Positions 9,101-16,826 of a stretch of 46,012 nt of DNA are shown piece after piece. A model generated the notes under the pieces. The model was not told the origin of the DNA. It saw nothing but the letters and a program-made list of their open reading frames with translations, and searched no databases. Both the position numbers and the translations under genes were made by a program. Positions within the stretch are counted from its first letter, which is position 1. Every line of letters starts with the position of its first letter. The stretch covers positions 1 through 46,012 of the forward strand of contig VGZN01000001.1 of the NCBI GenBank assembly GCA_016872635.1, written 5' to 3'. The stretch is from Planctomycetota bacterium. Lineage in GTDB: Bacteria; Planctomycetota; Planctomycetia; Pirellulales; Pirellulaceae.

Positions 9101-10555
9101 ATCGGGAATACCTTCGGCGGCGATATGAAAGCGGACACTCGTGGAGGCACCGTTGTTCTGCGACACGCCACCTTGATCGAGCCCGCAGCCGACTTGGAAC
9201 CGCTCAACGCCTTCGGGGAGATCGAAACCGATCACACTGAATGCGTGGGTACCGATTCCCTTCACGACCTTGTCCCGTACCTGGAGCGGCCCGCCCCCTG
9301 CGTTTGCATTCTTGCGGACTTCTCCCCATTCCGTTTGAGCCACAAACCAGTTGAGATCCAATAATGATTTCTTGCCGGATTTCATGACCAGAGTCGGCTC
9401 AACCCAATCCGCCCAATCGCATGCGAAGCCGTCCTCGCCAGGGGTAACAATCAAATAAAGTTTATTGACGCCGGTCACCTCGATATCCACGTCGATTTGG
9501 TGACGCGAAGTCGATGCATTCAATGTGTTCGAGGAAAAGAGCAACTTCCCTTTCGGTTTAGCGGCAGCACCAGTCGCTCCGGGCTCAATACCAAATTCTT
9601 TAGCAACTCCGGAAGGATTGAAGTTGGCGGGAACCGCTTCGTCTTGATTCTCTACCAGTTTCGTCACAGCAATAGGTTCTACGGTTGCACCCGCCTCCGG
9701 TACATCCACATGGGCACTCCAAAGAATCGCGTTGGCCACCAATCGTGTTGGCTCCGTACGCCCCCAGTTCCAGTGGAAATGCCCTCCGGTATATCCGAAC
9801 GAACGTCCCCCATTGGGACGCTCTGAGGCCCAAGCCACGTGCTGAGGCTCTCCTTTTGCCACGGCCTTTCTCACATCTGGATTGCCGCTATGGGGGCCAT
9901 CTGGACGATCCATCGTGCTGGCGGGGGCCACCGCCGAGAGAATTGGTGTTACCCCTTGCACGCCGTCCCGAAATCGCATGTGAAAATACCATTCATCCCG
10001 CGTCGAAAAGGGTTTTACTCCACGGGTAACCGGGTGATTAGGCAAAGCTTCAAACTTCGCAGTCCAGTGTGGGTTCACCGACCAATGAGTCTCGAAATAT
10101 CCACCCAACCACTTGAGGTACTCAGCACCACCGCGATCCTTAGGAACCTCGACCGCATAATGAATACACACCAGCCCGGCTCCGCGATCCATTTGCTTCC
10201 CGAGACGATCCAGGTGGGACAACGAAGGGTGTCCACCACCTCCATCGGAATAAATTACGATCGCGTCAGCGACATCGAGCAAGGAGTCATCCTGAGGCCA
10301 CCCGTTCCGGATGACTTCGCATTCCACGTTGCGAACCGAACGCTTGACCACATCGGCCAACACGCGGCAACCAGCATAATGCTCGTGCGAACCGAAATCG
10401 TGACTGGGACCACCCGCAATAAATACGATCCGCTTGGGGGCATTCGGTTCCTTACCAAAAGCTGTTGCCCACGAAGCAAGCACCACAAACATCCCTGACA
10501 TCGCGAAAGCAATGGGCAAGCATGGCGACAGTCGAGTCAACAGACGAGAAAGCAT
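6152..10555 (-). CDS. PVC-type heme-binding (CxxCH) protein: ThuA-like + NPCBM-like + dehydrogenase beta-propeller + HEAT repeats + cytochrome c
   Basis: ThuA-like N-terminus (IAGGPSH..HEH, GLVCIH, DEWY). NPCBM-like segment (KGIGTHA, DWADW). Propeller (GRVWVCE, FRNNYE, FRPADV, DWYDPGVGGH). CSQCH heme motif with GPSLT and a distal Met in SLMP. Start placed at ATG 10555 but uncertain. Confidence 0.88.
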   Translation of the reverse strand: MLSRLLTRLSPCLPIAFAMSGMFVVLASWATAFGKEPNAPKRIVFIAGGPSHDFGSHEHYAGCRVLADVVKRSVRNVECEVIRNGWPQDDSLLDVADAIVIYSDGGGGHPSLSHLDRLGKQMDRGAGLVCIHYAVEVPKDRGGAEYLKWLGGYFETHWSVNPHWTAKFEALPNHPVTRGVKPFSTRDEWYFHMRFRDGVQGVTPILSAVAPASTMDRPDGPHSGNPDVRKAVAKGEPQHVAWASERPNGGRSFGYTGGHFHWNWGRTEPTRLVANAILWSAHVDVPEAGATVEPIAVTKLVENQDEAVPANFNPSGVAKEFGIEPGATGAAAKPKGKLLFSSNTLNASTSRHQIDVDIEVTGVNKLYLIVTPGEDGFACDWADWVEPTLVMKSGKKSLLDLNWFVAQTEWGEVRKNANAGGGPLQVRDKVVKGIGTHAFSVIGFDLPEGVERFQVGCGLDQGGVSQNNGASTSVRFHIAAEGIPDGLNAWGQPAASIEDRTPEKAVAGLQVAEGVQATLAASEPVLKSLTNLDIDHRGRVWVCEVVNYRRHNGERAEGDRILILEDTNQDGVMDTTKVFYQGRDIDSALGLCVLGNRVLVSAAPYVWEFIDNDGDDKPDSKRAILTKTGDPQHDHSVHSFVFGPDGKLYFNFGNTGHRLCDSEGNPIRDRWGREINDSGNPYRQGMVFRCNEDLSDMEVLGHNFRNNYEAAVDSYGSIWQSDNDDDGNRATRINYVMEFGNYGYVDEITGAGWQAERTNWESEIPERHWHLNDPGVVPTMLITGAGSPTGITVYEGDLLPEKFRNQVIHCDAGPNVVRAYIAKSMGAGYGATIENLAVGEFDKWFRPADVAVAPDGSLFVSDWYDPGVGGHNMQDMERGRLFRFAPEGAKYSVPKYDLSTAKGAVAALANPCNSVRYLAYHAILKMGRDSIGELQMMTKNPNPRMRARAYWLLAKVDSPMAAFTAASKDENENVRATAIRLARQAKLETDKFVTPLLSDANMVVLRELAIALREDASPSMPKLWAQLAAKAGSRDRWYLEALGIAATDRWNECLTAYRDLKSDRGEGLLIAWRGRGPVAAEMQSQWLASSKLPKEQITRLFRATDFLKPADRQSALKPLLELENQPQTVIEALMRLDGVGINANPKLAALVRDYVNSLGEDPSQLKVLQKLKVTGVSEQLLKRAAAWGASTQAVQALDLALETGGASPLKAMLEAQEPSEMAVALSKTLSLSNRKEAAELQKALLESQDVAKSVKVEAAVGLGRNKANQSFLVSLAKENRLPAEAKPLLGPTLRNSEDPAISNAAKELFPVLKTSQNPLPPIEELIKKKGNSANGKSVYFGVATCSQCHMVGSEGKNVGPSLTEIGNKLTREAMYVSILAPSAGISHNYEAYTARTGDGEVVTGLLISKTDDGVTIKDAKGIERAIKSSDLEEIKKQEKSLMPENLQETMTEQELVDLVEYLMTLRK

Positions 10556-10716
10556 GGTGGATTCGCCTGAGTATCGGATCATAGGATTCGCTCGAATCAA
10601 TAGATGGAGGGATCGGACTGGAGGGAAAATTCGCATGGTAAACCTGGATGAGGACTCACCCCAAGCCCCGTAAGGATAATGGTAGTTGGTAGCATGCCAC
10701 CGGTAAATTACCCATC

Positions 10717-10758
10717 TTATTGCCTAGCATCTGTAGTTATTGCCTAGCATCTGTAGTT
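10717..10758. repeat. Perfect 20-bp tandem duplication TTATTGCCTAGCATCTGTAG x2
   Basis: Read directly at 10717-10736 and 10737-10756 in the divergent intergenic region. Confidence 0.9.
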
Positions 10759-11056
10759 TCATCGGAGGCCATGGTCCGGCTGAAAATCGCAGAAAATGCG
10801 TTGTACGATTTAAAAATTGAGGTCGTTTTGGCACGTACCGTCGCCAGCGGCATGGAGCAGCAATGGCATGGAGATTGTCGCTCAAAGGAATTTGGTGTCC
10901 GGGGAAACTAGTTTCACGTGGATATAATTTCAGCGCTGTAGAAGTTTCGGGTCGATGGAAATCAAGACGACGCGTATAGTGATCGCGGCGTCAAATCGAT
11001 GCCTTTTCACCGCGCATTTACCAGCCCACCATCACGGTACCAACCTGGAGACTCCC

Positions 11057-11737
11057 GTGACTATCCACCATCTTCGCCGAGATTACCGCTATGGCTCGTT
11101 GACACGCGACGAACTCCCGCACGATCCGATCGCACTCTTCCAGACCTGGTTTTCAGAATTGAGAGGGGCCGAATTGCCGGAATGGTTTGAACCCAATGCG
11201 ATGACGTTGGCAACGCACAAGGCGACAGGAGGGGCAGCCTGCCGTATCGTTTTGCTCAAAGAAGTGGAACCGGATGGCTTTCTGTTTTTCACCAACTACC
11301 AGTCGAACAAGGGCATGGAAATCAACCTGGATAGCCGAGTGTCGCTCGGTTTCTATTGGCCCATTTTAGATCGCCAAGTTCGTGTCGAGGGAATTGCGGA
11401 GCGCGTGGAGTCGGAAATCTCGGAGCATTATTTTCGATCTCGTCCTCGATCGAGCCAACTCAGCGCAAATGTTTCACCGCAGTCGGAAGTGATCGAAGAC
11501 GATTCGCTGCTGCAGCGATTGGTGGATGAGTTGGACACGAAACTTGCCGGGGCCGATGTGCCTCGTCCCGATCACTGGGGCGGCTATCGAGTACGCCCTA
11601 TTTCTGTCGAGTTTTGGCAGGGACGACCGTCTCGGTTGCACGACCGGTTTCGGTACACCAAACAATCGAAGGGCCGAAGCGAAGGACTATCCCCAGACCA
11701 GCCTAGTATTTGGAAGGTAGAGCGATTGGGGCCCTAG
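11057..11737 (+). CDS. pdxH: Pyridoxamine 5'-phosphate oxidase
   Basis: LRRDY N-terminus, EPNAMTLAT, RIVLLK, FFTNYxSxKG, RQVRVEG, YFxSRP, PRPDHWGGY and EFWQGRPSRLHDR. GTG start at 11057 is preceded by GGAG. Confidence 0.95.
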   Translation: MTIHHLRRDYRYGSLTRDELPHDPIALFQTWFSELRGAELPEWFEPNAMTLATHKATGGAACRIVLLKEVEPDGFLFFTNYQSNKGMEINLDSRVSLGFYWPILDRQVRVEGIAERVESEISEHYFRSRPRSSQLSANVSPQSEVIEDDSLLQRLVDELDTKLAGADVPRPDHWGGYRVRPISVEFWQGRPSRLHDRFRYTKQSKGRSEGLSPDQPSIWKVERLGP

Positions 11738-11879
11738 TGCCATCAACGGCTACGCTGCCATCTAGCGAAGATGGCCGCGGGCGCCAAACGACTGTTGGCG
11801 AGACCGATTCGAAACGGCGCCCATAGATTTCCAACCTTGCAACCTGTAACGATTGGCCGGCCGAGAGCGACTGGCAAAA

Positions 11880-11921
11880 CCTCGGTGACACTGCCTCGGT
11901 GACACTGCCTCGGTGACACAG
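11880..11921. repeat. 14-bp tandem repeat CCTCGGTGACACTG x3
   Basis: Read directly; the third copy has one substitution. Confidence 0.9.
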
Positions 11922-11924
11922 CAT

Positions 11925-11986
11925 GAAGGAGAGAAATACCCCGGCCTGTGCGGTGAGGCGGACACCACGAGCAGGCCGTTGGGGTA
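11925..11986 (-). terminator. Terminator-like GC-rich stem with pyrimidine tail closing the candidate sRNA
   Basis: TACCC..CGGCCTG..GTGGTG / CACCGC..CAGGCCG GGGTA followed by TTTCTCTCCTT. The U-tract is imperfect. Confidence 0.45.
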
Positions 11987-12139
11987 CCTCTGCGTGCGGC
12001 TTGCCGACGCAAAAGCAAATTGGCGAGAAATCCATCGAAAGCGTGAGGGGCCAAAAGATCCTCTTCCGGCCCTCACGGTATCTTTCGACGTTTGGGTAGA
12101 ACGGTCCGACTGCACAACAACCATGCAATCGAACAATGT
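11925..12139 (-). ncRNA. Candidate sigma54-dependent structured small RNA (~215 nt, four hairpins)
   Basis: Four consecutive stems at 12104-12134, 12033-12090, 11987-12015 and 11937-11986. Their wobble pairs are G-U only on the minus strand. The run begins at the +1 predicted from a consensus sigma54 promoter and ends in a pyrimidine tail (TTTCTCTCCTT). Confidence 0.6.
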
Positions 12140-12149
12140 CTACCGCAAA

Positions 12150-12166
12150 AGCAATCATTGTGCCAA
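12150..12166 (-). promoter_or_regulatory. Sigma54 (RpoN) -24/-12 promoter
   Basis: Minus strand reads TTGGCACAATGATTGCT, an exact match to TGGCAC-N5-TTGC with correct GG-N10-GC spacing. Predicted +1 is about 12139. Confidence 0.7.
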
Positions 12167-12273
12167 GGGCACACGCTTTGGGGACATTGGCATGAACGGT
12201 CAATTTTTCCTTAGGTTTTCGAATCCTTTTTTTTCGTTACGATGAGCAACGTTCTAGGTCGCCCCCAACCTGC

Positions 12274-12290
12274 TGCCTGATAAACTGGCA
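12274..12290. promoter_or_regulatory. Candidate enhancer-binding-protein site (TGCCTG-N5-CTGGCA)
   Basis: Imperfect 17-bp palindrome about 135-150 bp upstream of the predicted sigma54 TSS, with an AT-rich tract (12201-12235) between them. Confidence 0.3.
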
Positions 12291-12507
12291 ACTGTTCAGT
12301 TTCGATGCAGACATTCCATGATGTCGATTCCGTTCCGTTACTTGCAAAACCGTGAGGATTCCGACTGGGGAAGAGCGGAAGCGACCATTCGGAAAGAAAT
12401 AAAAATCGTCCCGAACCTGGAGCGGCCCGTTAGAATCTGAATCACAGACAAGCCGACTTGATCGATTGTCCTGAAATTTACCATTTCCACCTATTGTTCG
12501 ATCACGA

Positions 12508-14088
12508 ATGACCCAATCCGAAACTTCTTCGTCCAATCTTCGCAGCATCCGTATTTTCGACACGACGCTTCGCGATGGAGAGCAGTCTCCCGGAGCCAGC
12601 ATGAACTTGAGTGAGAAGCTTGAGGTAGCCCAGGCGCTCGCTTCCCTCGGAGTGGATGTCATGGAAGCAGGTTTCCCCATCGCGTCGCCGGGGGACTTTG
12701 AAGCGGTTCGCGAGATCGCATCGACCATCCGAGGACCTATTATTTGCGGTCTGGCCCGATGCAACGATGGTGACATTGATCGTGCGTGGGAAGCACTTCA
12801 GAAGGCGGAACGCTCTCGTATCCACGTGTTCTTAGCGACCAGTGCGATCCACCGAGAATTCAAACTTCGAATGACTCAGGAAGAAATCATCGCGAGAGCG
12901 GTCAAGGGTGTCGAGCGCGCACTATCGTACTGCGATGATGTCGAGTTCTCTGCGGAAGACGCTGCAAGGACCGAAATCGACTTCCTTTGCCGCGTGGTCG
13001 AAGCTGCAATCGATGCCGGAGCAACCACCATCAACGTACCGGACACTGTCGGCTATACCACGCCAGAGGAAATGTATGCTCGGATCGCAGAACTCATCAA
13101 TCGAGTCCCAAATATCGATCGCGCGGTTTTGAGTTGCCACTGCCACGACGATCTTGGTTTGGCGGTGGCCAATTCGCTTGCCGCGGTTCGCGCTGGCGCC
13201 GGACAGATCGAATGCACCATCAACGGTATCGGGGAACGAGCAGGGAACTGTTCGCTCGAGGAGGTTGTGATGGCGATGCGAACTCGGAACGACGTCTATC
13301 AAACGACTACGCGAATCAAGACGGAGCGATTGGTCCCTATCAGCCGACTGCTTTCCAAAATCACTGGCCTCGATGTACAACGCAACAAAGCGATCGTGGG
13401 ACGAAATGCGTTCGCCCACGAAGCTGGTATCCATCAAGATGGAATGCTCAAGGATCGCAGTACGTATGAAATCATGAGACCAGAGGATGTTGGTTTTGCC
13501 AAAACAGACCTGGTCCTGGGCAAACACAGCGGACGCGCCGCGCTCGCAGACCGCGCTCGTGATCTCGGCTACCATCTGAATGGCGAACAGCTTCAAATCG
13601 TTTTTGAGCAATTTAAAGTTTTAGCCGATAAGAAAAAGAACATCTTCGACGGCGACATCATCGCGCTCATCCAACAACAAATCAGTGGCGCGACCAATAC
13701 AGCTTGGACATTGGTTTCCTATCGAGTCCAAAGCGGTTCTTCGAAAACCCCGTGTGTCGAACTCACGCTCAAGCACGGCGATGACACGTTCACGGAACGA
13801 GTCGAACAAGGGGACGGCCCAATCGACGCCGCATTCTGGGCAGTCGAAAAAATCACCGGTATCAAGACCGTGTGCAAGGATTTCCGAGTTCAGAGCGCAT
13901 CGCTAGGTCGCGATGCTATCGGTGAAGTTACCGTGGAAGTCGATCACGAAGGAGAATCGTATCGCGGTACAGGGGCCTCAACAGACTCCGTTGAAAGCAC
14001 CATCCTTGCGATGCTTAACGCGATCAATCGGATCATCACCGAAAAGAGCCTGCGAAGCGCTGGAAAAGTAACCCCGCAAGACGCATAA
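12508..14088 (+). CDS. leuA: 2-isopropylmalate synthase
   Basis: IFDTTLRDGEQSPG, HCHDDLG, GIGERAGN, AFAHEAGIHQDG, LGKHSGR and a C-terminal regulatory domain (GDGPIDA). Confidence 0.96.
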   Translation: MTQSETSSSNLRSIRIFDTTLRDGEQSPGASMNLSEKLEVAQALASLGVDVMEAGFPIASPGDFEAVREIASTIRGPIICGLARCNDGDIDRAWEALQKAERSRIHVFLATSAIHREFKLRMTQEEIIARAVKGVERALSYCDDVEFSAEDAARTEIDFLCRVVEAAIDAGATTINVPDTVGYTTPEEMYARIAELINRVPNIDRAVLSCHCHDDLGLAVANSLAAVRAGAGQIECTINGIGERAGNCSLEEVVMAMRTRNDVYQTTTRIKTERLVPISRLLSKITGLDVQRNKAIVGRNAFAHEAGIHQDGMLKDRSTYEIMRPEDVGFAKTDLVLGKHSGRAALADRARDLGYHLNGEQLQIVFEQFKVLADKKKNIFDGDIIALIQQQISGATNTAWTLVSYRVQSGSSKTPCVELTLKHGDDTFTERVEQGDGPIDAAFWAVEKITGIKTVCKDFRVQSASLGRDAIGEVTVEVDHEGESYRGTGASTDSVESTILAMLNAINRIITEKSLRSAGKVTPQDA

Positions 14089-14139
14089 CAGCCTAAGTTT
14101 CCGGACTTCTAGAAAACGGTTTTATCGGAAAGCAGTTCA

Positions 14140-15420
14140 ATGAATCGCGAACGAATTTGCCATCTCTTGAATAATCAGCCATCCATGATTCGGAACCGAA
14201 CTGCGTGGTGCCTAGCAGCGTTGTATTGGTCTCTAGCATGCGCTACATACTTGATTTCTCTTGTTCATTGTCAGATCAGTTTCTCGCAAGAGGCAATTGC
14301 AGTGACAACTGCGTCGTTACCAAACCACCCAGAGATCGATCGAGAACTCGAAGCGTTCGTCGCCAAGAATGAAATCGCCGGGGCGGTCACCGCCGTGGTC
14401 GATAAAGATCGTATTTTGCACGTAGGCACCATCGGAAATGCGAAGTTAGGAACAGCCGGAACACCCAAGTCGGAACCGATGACCAGCGATACCATTTTTT
14501 GGATTGCTTCGATGTCCAAACCGGTTGCCGGGGTTTGCATCATGCAATTGGTAGATCAAGGCAAACTATCGCTGGAAGACCCGATCGATCGATTCCTTCC
14601 AGAAATGTCGGTCCTTAAAGACGATTCCGGCAAAAAACACTCGATCACGGTCGCACAACTCCTCAACCACACGTCCGGCATGCGAGAGCTCAGCGAACCG
14701 TATTCTTCAAATTCGCTAGCGGAGGCTTCCGCAAAATATGCGAATGCTGGGCCACTTCATTTCGCGCCTGGCTCAAAATGGCAGTACAGCCAAACCAGTA
14801 TTAATACAGCGGCTCGCATCGCCGAAGTGATCAGCGGCATGAGCTTTGATGAGTACACACGCAAAAATATCTTTGAACCACTCGGCATGAAAGATACTGG
14901 ATTTTATTTGACGGACGGTCAAGCCAAGCGGTTAGCTGCTAGCTATTCGAAAAACGAACAAGGCGAGTTGATCCCCGCTCCTCTATTTTTGCTTGCAGGG
15001 AAAAAACCGACGGACCGTGAACGGCTCCCAGCGGCCAATGGAGGCCTGTTTTCGACGGCCATGGATTATGCAAAGTTCTGTCAGATGCTGCTCAATGATG
15101 GCACGATTGGGGGCAAGTTGATTTTGTCCCCGTCCGCAGTAACCCGACTCAGAACTCCGAGCACTGTCGAATTGACCACCGGCTTTACGCCGGGTAACGC
15201 CTGGGGAGTGGGCGTTTGTGTGGTGGTGAAGCCACAAGGTGCAACCGCAATGCTATCCGCGGGGACTTATGGCCACGGAGGAGCGTATGGGACACAAGCT
15301 TGGATCGATCCTGTGACGGGCCGCGCGTACATCCTCATGGTTCAGAGAGCCAATTTCCCAAACGCAGACGACTCGGAAATTCGCAAATCGTTTCAATCGA
15401 TCGCGGCGAGGATTCAATAA
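14140..15420 (+). CDS. Secreted serine hydrolase, beta-lactamase class C/AmpC-like family
   Basis: SxxK in IASMSK, LLNHTSG, PGxKWQYS, GGLFST and GHGGAYGT. Hydrophobic N-terminus. The start may be 14185. Confidence 0.88.
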   Translation: MNRERICHLLNNQPSMIRNRTAWCLAALYWSLACATYLISLVHCQISFSQEAIAVTTASLPNHPEIDRELEAFVAKNEIAGAVTAVVDKDRILHVGTIGNAKLGTAGTPKSEPMTSDTIFWIASMSKPVAGVCIMQLVDQGKLSLEDPIDRFLPEMSVLKDDSGKKHSITVAQLLNHTSGMRELSEPYSSNSLAEASAKYANAGPLHFAPGSKWQYSQTSINTAARIAEVISGMSFDEYTRKNIFEPLGMKDTGFYLTDGQAKRLAASYSKNEQGELIPAPLFLLAGKKPTDRERLPAANGGLFSTAMDYAKFCQMLLNDGTIGGKLILSPSAVTRLRTPSTVELTTGFTPGNAWGVGVCVVVKPQGATAMLSAGTYGHGGAYGTQAWIDPVTGRAYILMVQRANFPNADDSEIRKSFQSIAARIQ

Positions 15421-15510
15421 GACCATCAACCATATCCATTCAAACGGGTAACCTCGCCTTCCACGTAACCGGCCCTTTATTACTCACTATCACTTCGTCG
15501 ACTCATCCAT

Positions 15511-16626
15511 ATGTCCAATAGCAATGTTCATTCCTGGCTTTCAACGAAAGCAATGGCGTTTGATTCCAGTGGCATTCGTAAAGTATTTGCCCTGGCGGCA
15601 ACGATGAAGAATCCGATCAATTTATCGATAGGCCAACCGGACTATGACGTGCCGATTCAAATTCGCGACGCTGCCTGTACCGCTATCCAATCTGGCAAGA
15701 ACGCATACAGCCCAACGCAAGGTATCGCGCCTTTAGTTCAGCGAATGCAGCAAGAGATTGATAGGAAATACCAACACGATGATCGCGAAGTCTTCATCTG
15801 CTCAGGCACCAGCGGCGGTATCGTATTAACAATGCTATCGCTGGTGAATCCCGGTGACGAGGTGATCGTATTCGATCCTTACTTCGTCATGTACGTTCCG
15901 CTGATTCAATTGGTGGGTGGCGTTCCGGTGATCATCGATACATACCCCGATTTTCGTATCGATATGGATCGACTCCGCGATGCGATCACACCGAAAACGA
16001 AACTGGTGCTTTTTAACAATCCAAACAACCCCACTGGAGTGGCTGCGAGTTTAGAAGAGATTCGCGGCATCGCTGAACTGTGTCAAGAAAAAGGAATCGC
16101 GCTTGTATCAGATGAGATCTACAGCCAGTTTCATTTCGGCTCGCCAATGCGATCCCCTGCAGAGTTCAACCCGCAAACGATCGTGATTGATGGATTTTCA
16201 AAGAGTTACGCGATGACCGGTTGGCGATTAGGCTATGTTCATGGCCCCAAGGAAATCATTCAGACCATGATCAAACTGCAGCAATACACCTTCGTTTGCG
16301 CACCCACTCCACTTCAGCACGCTTCGTTGGCGGCCATGGACTACGACATGTCCGAGCACTACAAAAATTATGAGCAGAAACGAGATCGCATCGTCGAAGG
16401 ACTAAAAGGATATTATGAGTTTCGCGAACCTGGCGGGGCCTTCTATATCTTCCCAAAAGTACCATCGGGCAATGCCACCGATTTTGTCGCTCGCGCAATC
16501 GCTAATGAACTGCTGATCATCCCGGGCAATATTTTCTCTCGGAAGGACACCCATTTCCGGATATCGTTTGCAGCCAGCGACGAAACATTGGATCGAGGCA
16601 TCGAAGTCTTACGAAAACTCGCATAG
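15511..16626 (+). CDS. PLP-dependent aminotransferase class I/II (aspartate aminotransferase-like)
   Basis: LSIGQPD, NNPNNPTG, SDEIY, GFSKSYAMTGWRLG, GAFY and FRISF. Confidence 0.92.
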   Translation: MSNSNVHSWLSTKAMAFDSSGIRKVFALAATMKNPINLSIGQPDYDVPIQIRDAACTAIQSGKNAYSPTQGIAPLVQRMQQEIDRKYQHDDREVFICSGTSGGIVLTMLSLVNPGDEVIVFDPYFVMYVPLIQLVGGVPVIIDTYPDFRIDMDRLRDAITPKTKLVLFNNPNNPTGVAASLEEIRGIAELCQEKGIALVSDEIYSQFHFGSPMRSPAEFNPQTIVIDGFSKSYAMTGWRLGYVHGPKEIIQTMIKLQQYTFVCAPTPLQHASLAAMDYDMSEHYKNYEQKRDRIVEGLKGYYEFREPGGAFYIFPKVPSGNATDFVARAIANELLIIPGNIFSRKDTHFRISFAASDETLDRGIEVLRKLA

Positions 16627-16752
16627 CGTCCGCGTAGGGCGTTTTCCAACCGATTTTAACTTGGTATTCCCCGTGCGAAGTCGGAGAAATTGCCTCGCAG
16701 AACGGAACTGCGGGAAAAGACCCTTCCGATCACTTTTCAAGCGTTTCCGACC

Positions 16753-16761
16753 TGTTAGACT
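16753..16761 (+). promoter_or_regulatory. Possible extended -10 element (TG-T-TAGACT) for the nupC-cdd-hsp70 unit
   Basis: TGn plus a TAnnnT hexamer about 65 bp upstream of the nupC ATG. No clear -35. Confidence 0.3.
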
Positions 16762-16826
16762 CCTGCGGTTGCATTAACAACCAGCGATATCAGCGCTGGC
16801 AGTGAGATCTTCTCAAAGGTGTCGTC

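Noticed and set aside
6156-10673. Long plus-strand ORFs (e.g. 6395-7063, 8246-9001, 9839-10498)
   Set aside because: Antisense shadows of the well-supported minus-strand heme protein gene. The same applies to 12922-13611, 16848-17432, 32818-33465 and 40700-41449.
11757-11800. Two small hairpins after pdxH (GCCATCT/AGATGGC; CGCCAA/TTGGCG) as an intrinsic terminator
   Set aside because: No U-tract on either strand. Possibly 3' stabilising stems, but not supportable as a terminator.
11703-12245. Four overlapping ORFs in the pdxH-leuA gap (three minus, one plus)
   Set aside because: They overlap in different frames, have no motifs or SD, and run through hairpins and a 14-bp repeat. A structured RNA explains the region better, though a leaderless TTG ORF at 12136 cannot be formally excluded.
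12305-12440. Leucine attenuator leader peptide for leuA (MQTFHDVDSVPLLAKP; MMSIPFRYL... 40 aa)
   Set aside because: Only two Leu codons each, and no terminator/antiterminator with a U-tract before leuA.
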